A DNA stretch of 64,000 bases from Methanobacteriota archaeon. GTDB lineage: Archaea > Thermoplasmatota > Poseidoniia > Poseidoniales > Thalassarchaeaceae. The notes under the pieces are model-generated. The model was given only the letters and a program-made list of their open reading frames with translations. It was not told where the DNA came from and did not search any database. Both the position numbers and the translations under genes were made by a program. The stretch is from NCBI GenBank assembly GCA_002722735.1, contig PBMR01000014.1:64756-128755 (forward strand). Direction: 5' to 3'. Shown piece by piece: positions 55,851 to 64,000 of the stretch. Positions within the stretch are counted from its first letter, which is position 1. Each line of letters begins with the position of its first letter.

Positions 55851-56678
55851 ATGGCGAAGATCAAGACTGGGTCTGGAAGCAGCGATCGGGCGAACGACGA
55901 GCTCAGAGGCGTCGAGGTGACTCTGGACTTCACCCCCAATGCTCTGGCCTCCTTGCTCTATCGACAGGGCGAGACCCAAGTCCTCGTCTGCGTCACCAAG
56001 GCACCTTCCCTCCCCCGCTGGTTCCCTCGCGACGCCAACCGGGGATGGGTGCACGCGGAGTACTCGCTCCTGCCCGGCTCCACTGATACGAGATTTCGCA
56101 GGGAGCGCGGCGGAGCCAAGGGCAGGACCCATGAGATCGAGCGACTGGTCGCCCGCTCGATGCGGGGTGCTGTGGATTTGGATCAGTTGGGACCTGTCGC
56201 TCTAACCGTTGACTGCGACATACTCAACGCCGATGGGGGGACTAGGTGCGCATCCATCACGGCTGCCAGCATCGGGCTCAGGTTGGCCATTCGCAGACTC
56301 ATCGCTTCTGGCGAGTGTCTCCCGGCTGACCTCAGACTCTCGCGGGACGATATCAGGAAGGGCGTAGAGCGGCACGTCCTCTCCGAAGAGGAGCGAGCAG
56401 AGCACGAGTCGGCTGTCATGGCCAACGATGTGGCCGCACTCAGCGTCGGAATGGTGGGGGGTGGGGTCAGAACCGATTTGGACTACGTCTTGGACAGCAA
56501 TGCCGACGTCGACATGAACGTCGTGATGACCAGCGATGGGGGCTTCGTAGAGATTCAGGGCACCGGGGAGGAGGCCACCTACACCCGGGGGGAGCTCGAT
56601 GACATGATCGACGCTGCGAGCGCTGGCATCTCCAAGCTCCACGCTCTCCAAGTTAGCATCCTAGCCGATGCCAAATGA
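55851..56678 (+). CDS. rph: ribonuclease PH (bacterial Rph-type) with an internal ~35-aa insertion
   Basis: GWVHAEYSLLPGST..R..RE, GRTHEIERLVARSMR, DCDILNADGGTRCASITAA, DMNVVMTSDGGFVEIQGTGEE. Confidence 0.85.
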   Translation: MAKIKTGSGSSDRANDELRGVEVTLDFTPNALASLLYRQGETQVLVCVTKAPSLPRWFPRDANRGWVHAEYSLLPGSTDTRFRRERGGAKGRTHEIERLVARSMRGAVDLDQLGPVALTVDCDILNADGGTRCASITAASIGLRLAIRRLIASGECLPADLRLSRDDIRKGVERHVLSEEERAEHESAVMANDVAALSVGMVGGGVRTDLDYVLDSNADVDMNVVMTSDGGFVEIQGTGEEATYTRGELDDMIDAASAGISKLHALQVSILADAK

Positions 56679-56724
56679 ACGGTGAAGCCACCTCCGGCCA
56701 GTTCGCCGCGTAGAAGTGGGAATC

Positions 56725-56800
56725 TGGTGGGACTGGCCGGACTTGAACCAGCGGCCTCCGCATCTTCAGTGCGGCGCTCTCCCAACTGAGCTACAGTCCC
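56725..56800 (-). tRNA. tRNA-Phe (anticodon GAA), CCA encoded
   Basis: The reverse complement folds as GGGACTG-TA-GCTC-AGTTGGGA-GAGC-G-CCGCA-CTGAAGA-TGCGG-AGGCC-GCTGG-TTCAAGT-CCGGC-CAGTCCC-A-CCA, with one GU pair in the T stem. Confidence 0.92.
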
Positions 56801-56849
56801 GTAGCATCCTCGCCAGAGTGGTTCCGACTTCAAGCCTTCCGAGGCGGAC

Positions 56850-57980
56850 CTAGAAGACGTCGTCTTCGCCCTTCTTCTCATCGAATGACATCATCTTGCC
56901 GCCTTTGCCCGTACTGCTCTTGGACGATGCCTTCTTGGCCGGCTTCTTGGCCTCTGTGACTTTCCCCCCCGAGAGCTGCGCCTTACGGGCAGCAGCGGCC
57001 TCTTCCTCCTTTCGCTTGAGCTCCTCGGGATCGATGCCGGTCTGAGCGGCGAGCTTGGCCCTGCGCTCGTCTCGGGCACGAATCTCCAGAAGCCGCTGCC
57101 TGGCCTTGTCATAGTGCTGGAGCATGTACATCGCGTCGTGCTCGAGCAGGGGGGAGTCCGAGATGATTGTGATATCCATCCAGTCCCCCTCCTCTGCTAG
57201 GTACTCGGCAAAGGGTTCGAACTTCAGGTCCGACTTCTTGATCTGAGTGTAGTGAAGGGCGTTGCCCATTCTGTGCTCAACGCCTGCGAAGTGGCAGTAG
57301 AAGGTCGAGCCTCCGTAGGTCTCTCGGGCCTGGTCGAACAGCTCCGCGTAGTCCTCGCTGGTCTTCATCCTCCCATGCCCGCGCGCGTGGATGTGACCCA
57401 TGTTGAGGACCGGAACGGTTCCTTCGACGTGGTTGCAGACCTCTAGGACCTCTTCGACAGTGCCCCAGAGCTCCTGCCTCCCTGAGGTCTCGACGCCGAC
57501 CAACGACGGCTCGGCCTCGTGAACCCATGGGAAGGCGGCGTAGTCATCCTCTTCCTCGGCGTCCCCCCAGACCTCCCTGACCCTGTCCACCACCCCTGAT
57601 AGAACGTTAGCGACCTGTTCGTTCGCCGCCGGTCCGGGTTGGTACTCCCCGTAAGGGCCCACGTGGAAGGTGAGGTGCCTGGCGTTGATTATCTTGCCAG
57701 CCTGCAGGCTTGTCTCCATCTTGGAGAGTGTCCTGTTCCGCTCTCTCTTACTGCCTAGGAGCTCGGCGTAATAGGGGCCGTGCATGTTCATCTCGAAGTC
57801 CGAGTTCCACGACAGGACCCCTGCCTGCCAGTACTGGTCGAAGTGCTGTGGTTGGATGGTTCGTACTGTCTGGACCTCCATGGCATCGAGACCGAGGACG
57901 GTGATGTCGTCCATGCCCTCGACAATGGTTCTGCCCTTGCAGGAGAGGGGCACACCAGCCGGTCCTAGTTTGAGTGGCAT
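56850..57980 (-). CDS. xylose-isomerase-like TIM-barrel protein, endonuclease IV (AP endonuclease 2) family, with a Lys/Ala/Glu-rich C-terminal tail
   Basis: Metal-ligand-like His/Glu/Asp positions (MNMHGPYY, LTFHVGPYG, VGVETSG, MGHIHARGHG, YCHFAGVEH). The last ~90 aa are low complexity (KRKEEEAAAARKAQ...KKPAKKASSKSS). Confidence 0.55.
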   Translation of the reverse strand: MPLKLGPAGVPLSCKGRTIVEGMDDITVLGLDAMEVQTVRTIQPQHFDQYWQAGVLSWNSDFEMNMHGPYYAELLGSKRERNRTLSKMETSLQAGKIINARHLTFHVGPYGEYQPGPAANEQVANVLSGVVDRVREVWGDAEEEDDYAAFPWVHEAEPSLVGVETSGRQELWGTVEEVLEVCNHVEGTVPVLNMGHIHARGHGRMKTSEDYAELFDQARETYGGSTFYCHFAGVEHRMGNALHYTQIKKSDLKFEPFAEYLAEEGDWMDITIISDSPLLEHDAMYMLQHYDKARQRLLEIRARDERRAKLAAQTGIDPEELKRKEEEAAAARKAQLSGGKVTEAKKPAKKASSKSSTGKGGKMMSFDEKKGEDDVF

Positions 57981-58014
57981 CCCCGGTGTCCTCGCGAGTC
58001 GGGCCGAATGGGTG

Positions 58015-58032
58015 CCCCTTCAAAAGGGGTTT
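58015..58032 (-). terminator. hairpin CCCCTT-CAA-AAGGGG with a T-tract (candidate terminator between two minus-strand genes)
   Basis: Perfect 6-bp stem read directly. On the minus strand the stem contains TTTT. It sits about 30 nt downstream of the stop at 58061. Confidence 0.3.
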
Positions 58033-58060
58033 CCGTTCGACTGGTACAAATCCCGGAAAT

Positions 58061-58771
58061 TCAGATGATTCCTGCCCTTGCAGCCTTCTCCAATCCCACT
58101 ATGCCAGGGCCTGATAGGGGTAGTTCGCACAGGAAGGCTGCCAACCACGACTCCGAACCCATCCTCTTGCTTGTGAGCACCTCTGTGGATCCCAGAGCGT
58201 GCTCGATGCACGCCCTGCGTTCCTCTGGTTCGTAGCTGCAGACGATCGGAACAAGTCCCTTGTATCTGATGCTGGAGAGTAGTGACTCGGGCTCGATGCC
58301 CTCTATCTCTGCGATTGCCCCCAGGGCACTATGCTCAATGAAGAGTAGGTGGATTTGTCGAATCCGCTCGATGACCGCCCCCCAAGCCTCGGCCAGACGC
58401 TCTGGGCACTCGGGCATTTCGACTATCATGACGGAGCGACTGCCTTCCAGTTCCGCGAAGGACATAGATGCTCCCCACGCACTCCGGGGAGCACCTCCCT
58501 CGAGTACCGTGGAGGAGGAGTTCACCAACCAGTGTGCAGAGTCTAGGGCGCCTCGCCATTCGAGAGTGCCTTGATCCATGGCAGCGAAGTCCGAAACACC
58601 TTCTGGGCTTATGTGAGTAGGGCTCGCGCCGATTTCGGCTGCCGTCGAGAGGACCGCTGAGACCCAGTCGTTCCTATCTGGGTGACCGAAGCCGACTATT
58701 CGCACCGTGCCCGTTCCCCCAGTGCACGCTCTGGCGGTGCTGTGATGAGCATTGCCTACTCGACCTTCCAT
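58061..58771 (-). CDS. hypothetical protein (possible degenerate ribokinase/PfkB-like fold)
   Basis: The C-terminal MGSESWLAAFLCEL occupies the position of the PfkB G.GD.F..GFL motif, but the GAGD residues are replaced. The start is uncertain (Met 58771 overlaps the pelota end; GTG 58705 is the alternative). Confidence 0.35.
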   Translation of the reverse strand: MEGRVGNAHHSTARACTGGTGTVRIVGFGHPDRNDWVSAVLSTAAEIGASPTHISPEGVSDFAAMDQGTLEWRGALDSAHWLVNSSSTVLEGGAPRSAWGASMSFAELEGSRSVMIVEMPECPERLAEAWGAVIERIRQIHLLFIEHSALGAIAEIEGIEPESLLSSIRYKGLVPIVCSYEPEERRACIEHALGSTEVLTSKRMGSESWLAAFLCELPLSGPGIVGLEKAARAGII

Positions 58772-59832
58772 CTCAGGAGGGCGATGGCACCCCCCATCCC
58801 GATCAGCTGCTGGCCGGCATCGTGGTCTTCGGAGGCTTGGATGACTTCTCCTCTGGAGCCCTCGACCTGGGATGCAACGGCCTCCCATCGAAGCATCGGG
58901 CCTTCGTCGTCGGAGCGCATCATCGAGGCGATTATGACCAGCGCCTCCACGGCACCCTGCTCGGCCGCCTTGGCAATCGGGGCCGCCCCATATGTGACCG
59001 CGCCCCCAGTTGAGATCCGCTTGAGCCCTTCCTCAATCGCACGAACCTGCCGGACCAGCGCGTACTCGCCCAGCAGGGCATCGGCCAGCCCCTCTGCGAG
59101 CACCTCGTTGGCTGCCGCCCTCCCGCCAATGGAGGTGGCCGCGTTGACGATGCTGTTCTGCGCCCCTAGGACCCTGAGATGCGCCTCGAACTGCTCGCGC
59201 GCCATGCCCGGTCCGCACAGCACCAGAGGCATGTTGTCGGGGAATACCAAGCGGGTTTCTTTGGCGACGCGCTCGAAGAAGCCGCGCCGGACGCTGGTAG
59301 AGTCACCAGCGCGCTTGCCTCCCCCGCGCATGGTGAACTGCGAGACGTCTCGGATTCCATGCGCAGCGACCTCGAAGACCAGGACCTCGTCAGCCTCTAT
59401 GACGAGCAGTCCGGCCTTGGCACGCCGGCCGGATGCCAAGGATTCCTTGAGCAGCGAGAGGTCGGCGGCGGGGAGACCCCCCTCTCTGGAGACTTCGACC
59501 TCGTCACCAATCCCGATGACGTGGGTGTGGTGGCTGCCGATGTCGATTTTGGCCTCCCTGATCGTGCCATGGATCCTCAGGTTCTCGGTGAATGGCTGGA
59601 AGGCCGTCTCCGTCGCATCCAGAAGGATCCACATAGGCTTGCGCTCCGCGCTCCGCGCCCTGCCGTCCTCGCGCGTCCCAGTAGTGGAGTCTCGGCGATG
59701 CGAGAGCATCCCCACCATCGAGCCCGGACGACAGAGCTGAGATAGCACCCACAGGTCGTCTTCGCTCTCGACCCTCAGCCTCACTCCCTCGTCCAGCCTC
59801 TTGACGCGACGCATAGCTCGGTCCTCCGTCAT
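58756..59832 (-). CDS. pelA: pelota / Dom34 (no-go decay, ribosome rescue factor)
   Basis: N-terminal Sm-like domain (RVESEDDLWVLSQLCRPGS), a central domain, and an eRF1-domain-3-like C-terminus (GAVEALVI...GGAIALLRW). Confidence 0.85.
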   Translation of the reverse strand: MTEDRAMRRVKRLDEGVRLRVESEDDLWVLSQLCRPGSMVGMLSHRRDSTTGTREDGRARSAERKPMWILLDATETAFQPFTENLRIHGTIREAKIDIGSHHTHVIGIGDEVEVSREGGLPAADLSLLKESLASGRRAKAGLLVIEADEVLVFEVAAHGIRDVSQFTMRGGGKRAGDSTSVRRGFFERVAKETRLVFPDNMPLVLCGPGMAREQFEAHLRVLGAQNSIVNAATSIGGRAAANEVLAEGLADALLGEYALVRQVRAIEEGLKRISTGGAVTYGAAPIAKAAEQGAVEALVIIASMMRSDDEGPMLRWEAVASQVEGSRGEVIQASEDHDAGQQLIGMGGAIALLRWKVE

Positions 59833-59888
59833 CCTCGATGAAGGCCCGCTCTTGAAACCTTCATCGGTGATTACCTTGGGCGAAGGGC

Positions 59889-60614
59889 ATGGGAGGGCCA
59901 GCCTTCTGGGGCATTGCGGGAAGCCCGATCTCCCACTCGCTCACACCCCGCCTCTTCTCGGTTGTTGGCTCGAGCCTGGGGATGGAGCAGGCAGGGCAGG
60001 CCTTCATCGAGGCCGCTAGCATCGAAGAGTTCGAGTCAAAGGCATCGGCCCTCGAGGGGGACCTCTGGCTTTCGTGCACAGCGCCGCTGAAGCACTCACC
60101 GCAGTCGAGGCTGGGGATCCCTGGGCCTGAGGGGATTAATGCAATCAACCAACTGATGAGGTCAGGAGGGGTTTGGTCGGGCACCAGCACCGACGGGAGA
60201 GGCTTTGTATCTGCCTGCAGGCACATTGGCATTGAGCCATCGGGTTCCGTGCTGAGAATGAGGGGTGGCGGGTCCGCGGCCCGATCGATTGCCGCTGCTT
60301 GGTCCTCCGAGGGTGGCATGATAATCCCAGTCATGGGTCGCAGGGAGCTGATCAGTGGCCCATGGGACAGCAGCCTCGCAGAATCTGATGTAGCGGACAT
60401 AGCCGTGGATCTTGATGCAGCCCCTGCCGGCGGCGCCTCTGTCGAGATGCAGGCTGCGTTGCAGGTTTCGATATCCTACGGCGAGAACCAATCCCCCGAT
60501 GAATTCGCAGTAATCATGGTCGCAGCCCAGCACTTGGAGGCATGGCGCTCCATCTTCGCCCCCGATAGGGCCGATGAGCTGCCCGGACTGGGTGAGATCC
60601 TATCGAAATTGTAA
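59889..60614 (+). CDS. aroE: shikimate dehydrogenase (AroE)-like, short form
   Basis: WGIAGSPISHSLTPRLF, LSCTAPLKH, INAINQL, SGTSTDGRGF, and a glycine-rich GGGSAARSIA NADP motif. Confidence 0.7.
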   Translation: MGGPAFWGIAGSPISHSLTPRLFSVVGSSLGMEQAGQAFIEAASIEEFESKASALEGDLWLSCTAPLKHSPQSRLGIPGPEGINAINQLMRSGGVWSGTSTDGRGFVSACRHIGIEPSGSVLRMRGGGSAARSIAAAWSSEGGMIIPVMGRRELISGPWDSSLAESDVADIAVDLDAAPAGGASVEMQAALQVSISYGENQSPDEFAVIMVAAQHLEAWRSIFAPDRADELPGLGEILSKL

Positions 60615-62198
60615 CTACAGGGGTATGTTTCCGTGCTTCTTCGGCGGCACCCACTCGCGCTTGGAGAGCAGCGGCCTGAGCGCACTCACTAGGGCACTGC
60701 GCGTGTCTGCCGGCTCGATGACGTCATCGAGCCAGCCATGCCGCGCCGCCACATAGGGGTCGCCGAACTTCTGGCGGTACTCGCGCACGAGCTCCCCGTG
60801 CACCGCACTGCTGTCCCCAGCCTCAGCCAGCTCGGCACGATGGATGATGCTGACAGCACCCTCGGCCCCCATGACCGCCAGCTCCCCTGTCGGCCATGCC
60901 ACGTTGTAGTCCGAGCCGAGGTGCTTGCAGCTCATCGCAAGGTAGGCGCCGCCGTAGGCCTTCCTTGTGACGACTGTCAGCTTGGGCACCGTCGCCTCGG
61001 CATAGGCGTACAGCAGCTTCGCTCCGTGCCTGATTATCCCGCCCCACTCCTGCACGGTTCCAGGCAGGAATCCGGGAACGTCCACGAAGGTGATGACTGG
61101 GATGTTGTAGCAGTCGCAAGCGCGGACGAACCTAGCCGCCTTGACCGAGGCATCGATATCGAGGCAACCTGCGAGAACAGAGGGCTGGTTGCCCACGACT
61201 CCAACAGAGTGCCCATCTAGCCTGGCAAAGCCAATGACCACGTTCTCGGCATAGGTGGGGAAGAGCTCTAGGAAGCGCCTGTCGTCTACTACTTGCTCGA
61301 TGACCGCCCTCATGTCGTACGGCTGGTCCGAGTCTTGTGGCACCAGCTTACCCATTCCCCTGCACTTTCGCGACCACTTGTCACCACCCCTGAGCACGGC
61401 TGGCTCGGCCAGAGTGTGGTCAGGCAGGTAGGAGAGGATCTCCGCTGCCTGATCGAAGGCCTCCCTCTCGCTGTCTGCAACCATGCAGGCAACGCCGCTC
61501 CTGCTCGCATGCTGCACGGCTCCTCCCAACCCCTCCTCGTCCAACTCGCCCTCTATGATCTCGGGGATGGTGTAGGGGCTGCGCATGAACATGCGCCCCC
61601 TCTCGTTTCCCAGGATGACGAAGTCAGAGAGCCCGGCGGCAAGAGCACTGGTCCCAGAGACCGTTCCGAGAACGATCGAGATCGTCGGCACGCGGCCCGA
61701 GCAGGCCACCAGGATGTCCAGCAGCCGCCCGGTCGAGCCCAGGGAGGTAACCCCCTCGTGGGCCCGTTGGCCATCGCCGTCCCAGATTCCTATGATCGGA
61801 AGCTGCGACTTCTCGGCGAACTCCGCGACCTTGGCGATCTTGTTGGCATGCATCTCCCCCATCGTGCCGGAGAATACCGAGTAGTCCTGGGAGAAGCAGA
61901 CCACGCGCCGTCCGTCGATCATCCCGTGACCGGCGACCACGCCGTCGCCGAGGGGGGTGTGCACGTGCATTCCGTGGTCCCATGAGCGATGCCTGACGAA
62001 GGCATCGACCTCGACGAAGGAGCCTTCGTCCAACAACTCGCCAACTCGCTCACGAGCCGTCTGAGCCCCGTCCTCGCGCAGATTCTGCACGACCCTGTGA
62101 TCCCCAGGGGAGCCGGCGTCGATCCTCATCGCATCGAGCTCGTCGCCCGGGGTGGAGCCCGCCATGATCCGCCCAAGCGCAAGTCGGTTCATCAGCAA
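60615..62198 (-). CDS. pccB: acyl-CoA carboxylase carboxyltransferase subunit (propionyl-CoA carboxylase beta / methylmalonyl-CoA carboxyltransferase 12S family)
   Basis: Two crotonase-like halves: GTMGEMHANKIAKV, PIIGIWDGDG, NIPVITFVDVPGFLPG, AYGGAYLAM. Confidence 0.92.
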   Translation of the reverse strand: MLMNRLALGRIMAGSTPGDELDAMRIDAGSPGDHRVVQNLREDGAQTARERVGELLDEGSFVEVDAFVRHRSWDHGMHVHTPLGDGVVAGHGMIDGRRVVCFSQDYSVFSGTMGEMHANKIAKVAEFAEKSQLPIIGIWDGDGQRAHEGVTSLGSTGRLLDILVACSGRVPTISIVLGTVSGTSALAAGLSDFVILGNERGRMFMRSPYTIPEIIEGELDEEGLGGAVQHASRSGVACMVADSEREAFDQAAEILSYLPDHTLAEPAVLRGGDKWSRKCRGMGKLVPQDSDQPYDMRAVIEQVVDDRRFLELFPTYAENVVIGFARLDGHSVGVVGNQPSVLAGCLDIDASVKAARFVRACDCYNIPVITFVDVPGFLPGTVQEWGGIIRHGAKLLYAYAEATVPKLTVVTRKAYGGAYLAMSCKHLGSDYNVAWPTGELAVMGAEGAVSIIHRAELAEAGDSSAVHGELVREYRQKFGDPYVAARHGWLDDVIEPADTRSALVSALRPLLSKREWVPPKKHGNIPL

Positions 62199-62209
62199 AG
62201 CGGAGGCGC

Positions 62210-63553
62210 CTATGTTCTCGAGAAGGCCGGGTTCTCCCCAAGCAGGTCCTTGCCCCAGCCCTCTGCGACAGCCTCGCGTCCCCCGCCCACTGAGAGGAGG
62301 TGGTGCAGCTTGACGAGCCCAGAGCCGGGGGGGCAGAGGGATCCGTGGCCGATGATGCCCATCCCCTGCTGCTCGCGCCCCTTGGAGTAGACGTTCATGT
62401 TGATCGGGCCGTGGACGGTCTGAGCGACCACGACGACCACACCACCCTGAGCGCAGTGGTCCTCTAGCATCACCCTCAGGCGGGTATTCTCGAGACTGTC
62501 CCCCTCGGGGTCAGATATAGGCAGGTGACCAAGGCCCGTGCCGTGGAAGAGGAGGGCGTCGAACTCCGCATCGATAGCGGCCTGGACCATGTCAGGCTGC
62601 AGGTGCGCGTCAGAGATGAACTGGGCGATGCGCACTGACTCGTCGAACAGCTTGGGAGCGAGGGACTCCACCCTAGCGTCGTGGGCCTCGGGCTCGTAGT
62701 CGATAGTCGCTCTGTCCCCCGAGAGGTCGATGAGGGCCAGCGCCTCCTGGTTGATCGGCTTGAAGGCGTCCCTTCTCGAGGAGTGGTACTTGCGGCAGGC
62801 GCATCCGGGAATGACAACGCACCTGCCGTCCGATGACTCGGCGTGCAGGATGGCCACGGCCGAGTCGCGGTACCCCGAGGGCTGCGGTCCGTGGGCGGCC
62901 CAGTGGACGGCTGCGATCAGGTTCTCCGGCGCATCCGAGGAGCCCCTGTCGGGCGATCTCTGTGAGCCGGTGAGGACTATCCTCCCCGGGGGCCTGCCCC
63001 CTTGCCCGGACCAGCCGTACGACATCGCGGCTGCCGATAGGTGAAGGGTGTCGGTGCCGTGCGTGATGACGCAACCGACCGCACCCTCGGCGAAGCCCTC
63101 CTCGGTCGCCCTCAGCATCCTGTTCCAGTGCCGCGGCCGCAGGTCGTCGGACCACATGTTGCCGAGCTTGACGGCACGAATGCGCGCAATCCCCCTCAGC
63201 TCTGGGACGGCATCGAGCAACTCATGCGGGTCGAACCTCGCGGTGACCGCCCCGGTCGCGTAGTCGACCTTGCTGGCTATCGTGCCCCCCGTGTGAATCA
63301 GGTGCACCAACGGGAGGGACTCGTCCTGGGGCACCGGGGGCGAAGGGAGCTCCTCGATGACCGGAACCTCATCTAGCAGTTCGAACGAGTCGACATAGGA
63401 CTCGGGGAAGGAGACGTTGTACCCGTTCTGGAGCTTGACCGTGACCAGGTTCGGGCCCGAGGGCGGCAGAGCCAGCCCCATGTGCTCAACCTTGCCCGAC
63501 CAGGTCTTGACAACCAGCCTGACAGGCGTCCCGGGCTCCGGCCACCCCTCCAT
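62210..63553 (-). CDS. gatD: Glu-tRNA(Gln) amidotransferase subunit D
   Basis: N-terminal GatD-specific beta domain plus an asparaginase-type domain (IHTGGTIASKVDY.TGAV, VITHGTDTL). Confidence 0.9.
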   Translation of the reverse strand: MEGWPEPGTPVRLVVKTWSGKVEHMGLALPPSGPNLVTVKLQNGYNVSFPESYVDSFELLDEVPVIEELPSPPVPQDESLPLVHLIHTGGTIASKVDYATGAVTARFDPHELLDAVPELRGIARIRAVKLGNMWSDDLRPRHWNRMLRATEEGFAEGAVGCVITHGTDTLHLSAAAMSYGWSGQGGRPPGRIVLTGSQRSPDRGSSDAPENLIAAVHWAAHGPQPSGYRDSAVAILHAESSDGRCVVIPGCACRKYHSSRRDAFKPINQEALALIDLSGDRATIDYEPEAHDARVESLAPKLFDESVRIAQFISDAHLQPDMVQAAIDAEFDALLFHGTGLGHLPISDPEGDSLENTRLRVMLEDHCAQGGVVVVVAQTVHGPINMNVYSKGREQQGMGIIGHGSLCPPGSGLVKLHHLLSVGGGREAVAEGWGKDLLGENPAFSRT

Positions 63554-63620
63554 CGAAGGCTCGTGGCGAATCTACCCAATGAAGACTCGCAAGGCGATGC
63601 TCCGCTAATTCTGCAACTTC

Positions 63621-63637
63621 CTATTGTACAACAATAG
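63621..63637. promoter_or_regulatory. perfect 17-bp palindrome CTATTGT-ACA-ACAATAG in a divergent promoter region
   Basis: Read directly. It lies in the AT-rich spacer between gatD (start 63553) and the LTD gene (start 63691). Confidence 0.35.
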
Positions 63638-63690
63638 AATTCTTGAAAACCAGTAGTAGGTTTAATAATTGCACTGTCGTCTATGGGCGC

Positions 63691-64000
63691 ATGCTCACCG
63701 TAAGCCGGAGACAGACATTGACCGCCATGCTGCTCGCGACTCTGATGGTCTCGGCTCCACTACTTTCCATCCAGACTGAGAAGATGGGCAGAATCTCCGA
63801 GCTCCATGGCCTCGATGGCGCCTCGATGACCGGCTCCGACCCGGACTGCGACGACGGGGATATCACAATCTCCGAGGCCTACCCCGGAAGCAGCGGCTGG
63901 ATAGAGCTGTACAACTCCGGGTCCTCCTGCGACCTCGGTGGCTGGCACCTCGCCGACAAGGACCAGCACCTCAACGACAACGACGGCAGCGAGCTCAGCG
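63691..64000 (+). CDS. secreted lamin-tail-domain (LTD) protein, 5' partial (runs off the window)
   Basis: My own translation from ATG 63691 gives MLTVSRRQTLTAMLLATLMVSAPLLS (signal peptide), then ITISEAYPGSSGWIELYNSGSSCDLGGWHLAD, matching the LTD pattern I.E......WIELYN.G....L.GW.L.D. It is absent from the ORF track because there is no stop in the window. Confidence 0.65.
   Translation, partial: MLTVSRRQTLTAMLLATLMVSAPLLSIQTEKMGRISELHGLDGASMTGSDPDCDDGDITISEAYPGSSGWIELYNSGSSCDLGGWHLADKDQHLNDNDGSELS

Noticed and set aside
58682-59740. 352-aa plus-strand ORF antisense to pelota
   Set aside because: Same reasoning. Pelota on the minus strand has clear family features, while the antisense product is Ala/Ser/Pro/Arg-rich low complexity.
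1-64000. CRISPR arrays, transposases, integrases, prophage or plasmid modules, rRNA genes
   Set aside because: I found no regularly spaced direct repeats, no DDE or tyrosine/serine recombinase-like translations, and no rRNA-like sequence. Apart from the two AT-rich spacers, the composition is uniform, which argues against a recent island.

Overview
Dense, mostly housekeeping chromosomal segment of an aerobic archaeon. The archaeal assignment rests on Orc1/Cdc6, PCNA, TFS, Nop5-fibrillarin, RPA plus an RPA-associated protein, pelota, GatD and an A1Ao ATP synthase operon in the order atpHIKECFABD. My guess from gene content alone is a Marine Group II / Thermoplasmatota-like lineage (aa3-type oxidase, LTD-domain secreted protein, many bacterial-type enzymes); this is inference, not a database result. 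I call about 65 protein genes on both strands and two tRNAs (Gly-UCC, Phe-GAA). I saw no rRNA, CRISPR array, transposase or integrase. The modules are: a coxC-coxB-coxA oxidase operon; scattered Moco genes (moaE, moaC, mogA); a bacterial-type gluconeogenic pair (GlpX and class I aldolase); cdc6 with an AT-rich putative origin; a second AT-rich spacer carrying ORB-like boxes between two winged-helix genes; biotin carboxylase and a distant carboxyltransferase; an isoprenoid/quinone cluster; and DNA repair genes (Fpg, Nfo-like). The most noteworthy items are: (1) ORB-like elements beside an orphan 869-aa wHTH protein; (2) a PPAT-DUF359 fusion (both last CoA-pathway steps) preceded by a long non-coding leader with mutually exclusive pairings; (3) an operon of unknown protein, strongly diverged TBP-fold protein and TatD-like hydrolase; (4) an M50/site-2-protease homologue whose HExxH motif is replaced; (5) a protein with three SAP/HeH motifs; (6) an identical 12-mer upstream of two convergent genes next to the cox operon. 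All functional calls come from motif recognition by eye in the supplied translations. Start codons are often uncertain because many ORF-track starts are GTG/TTG extensions.
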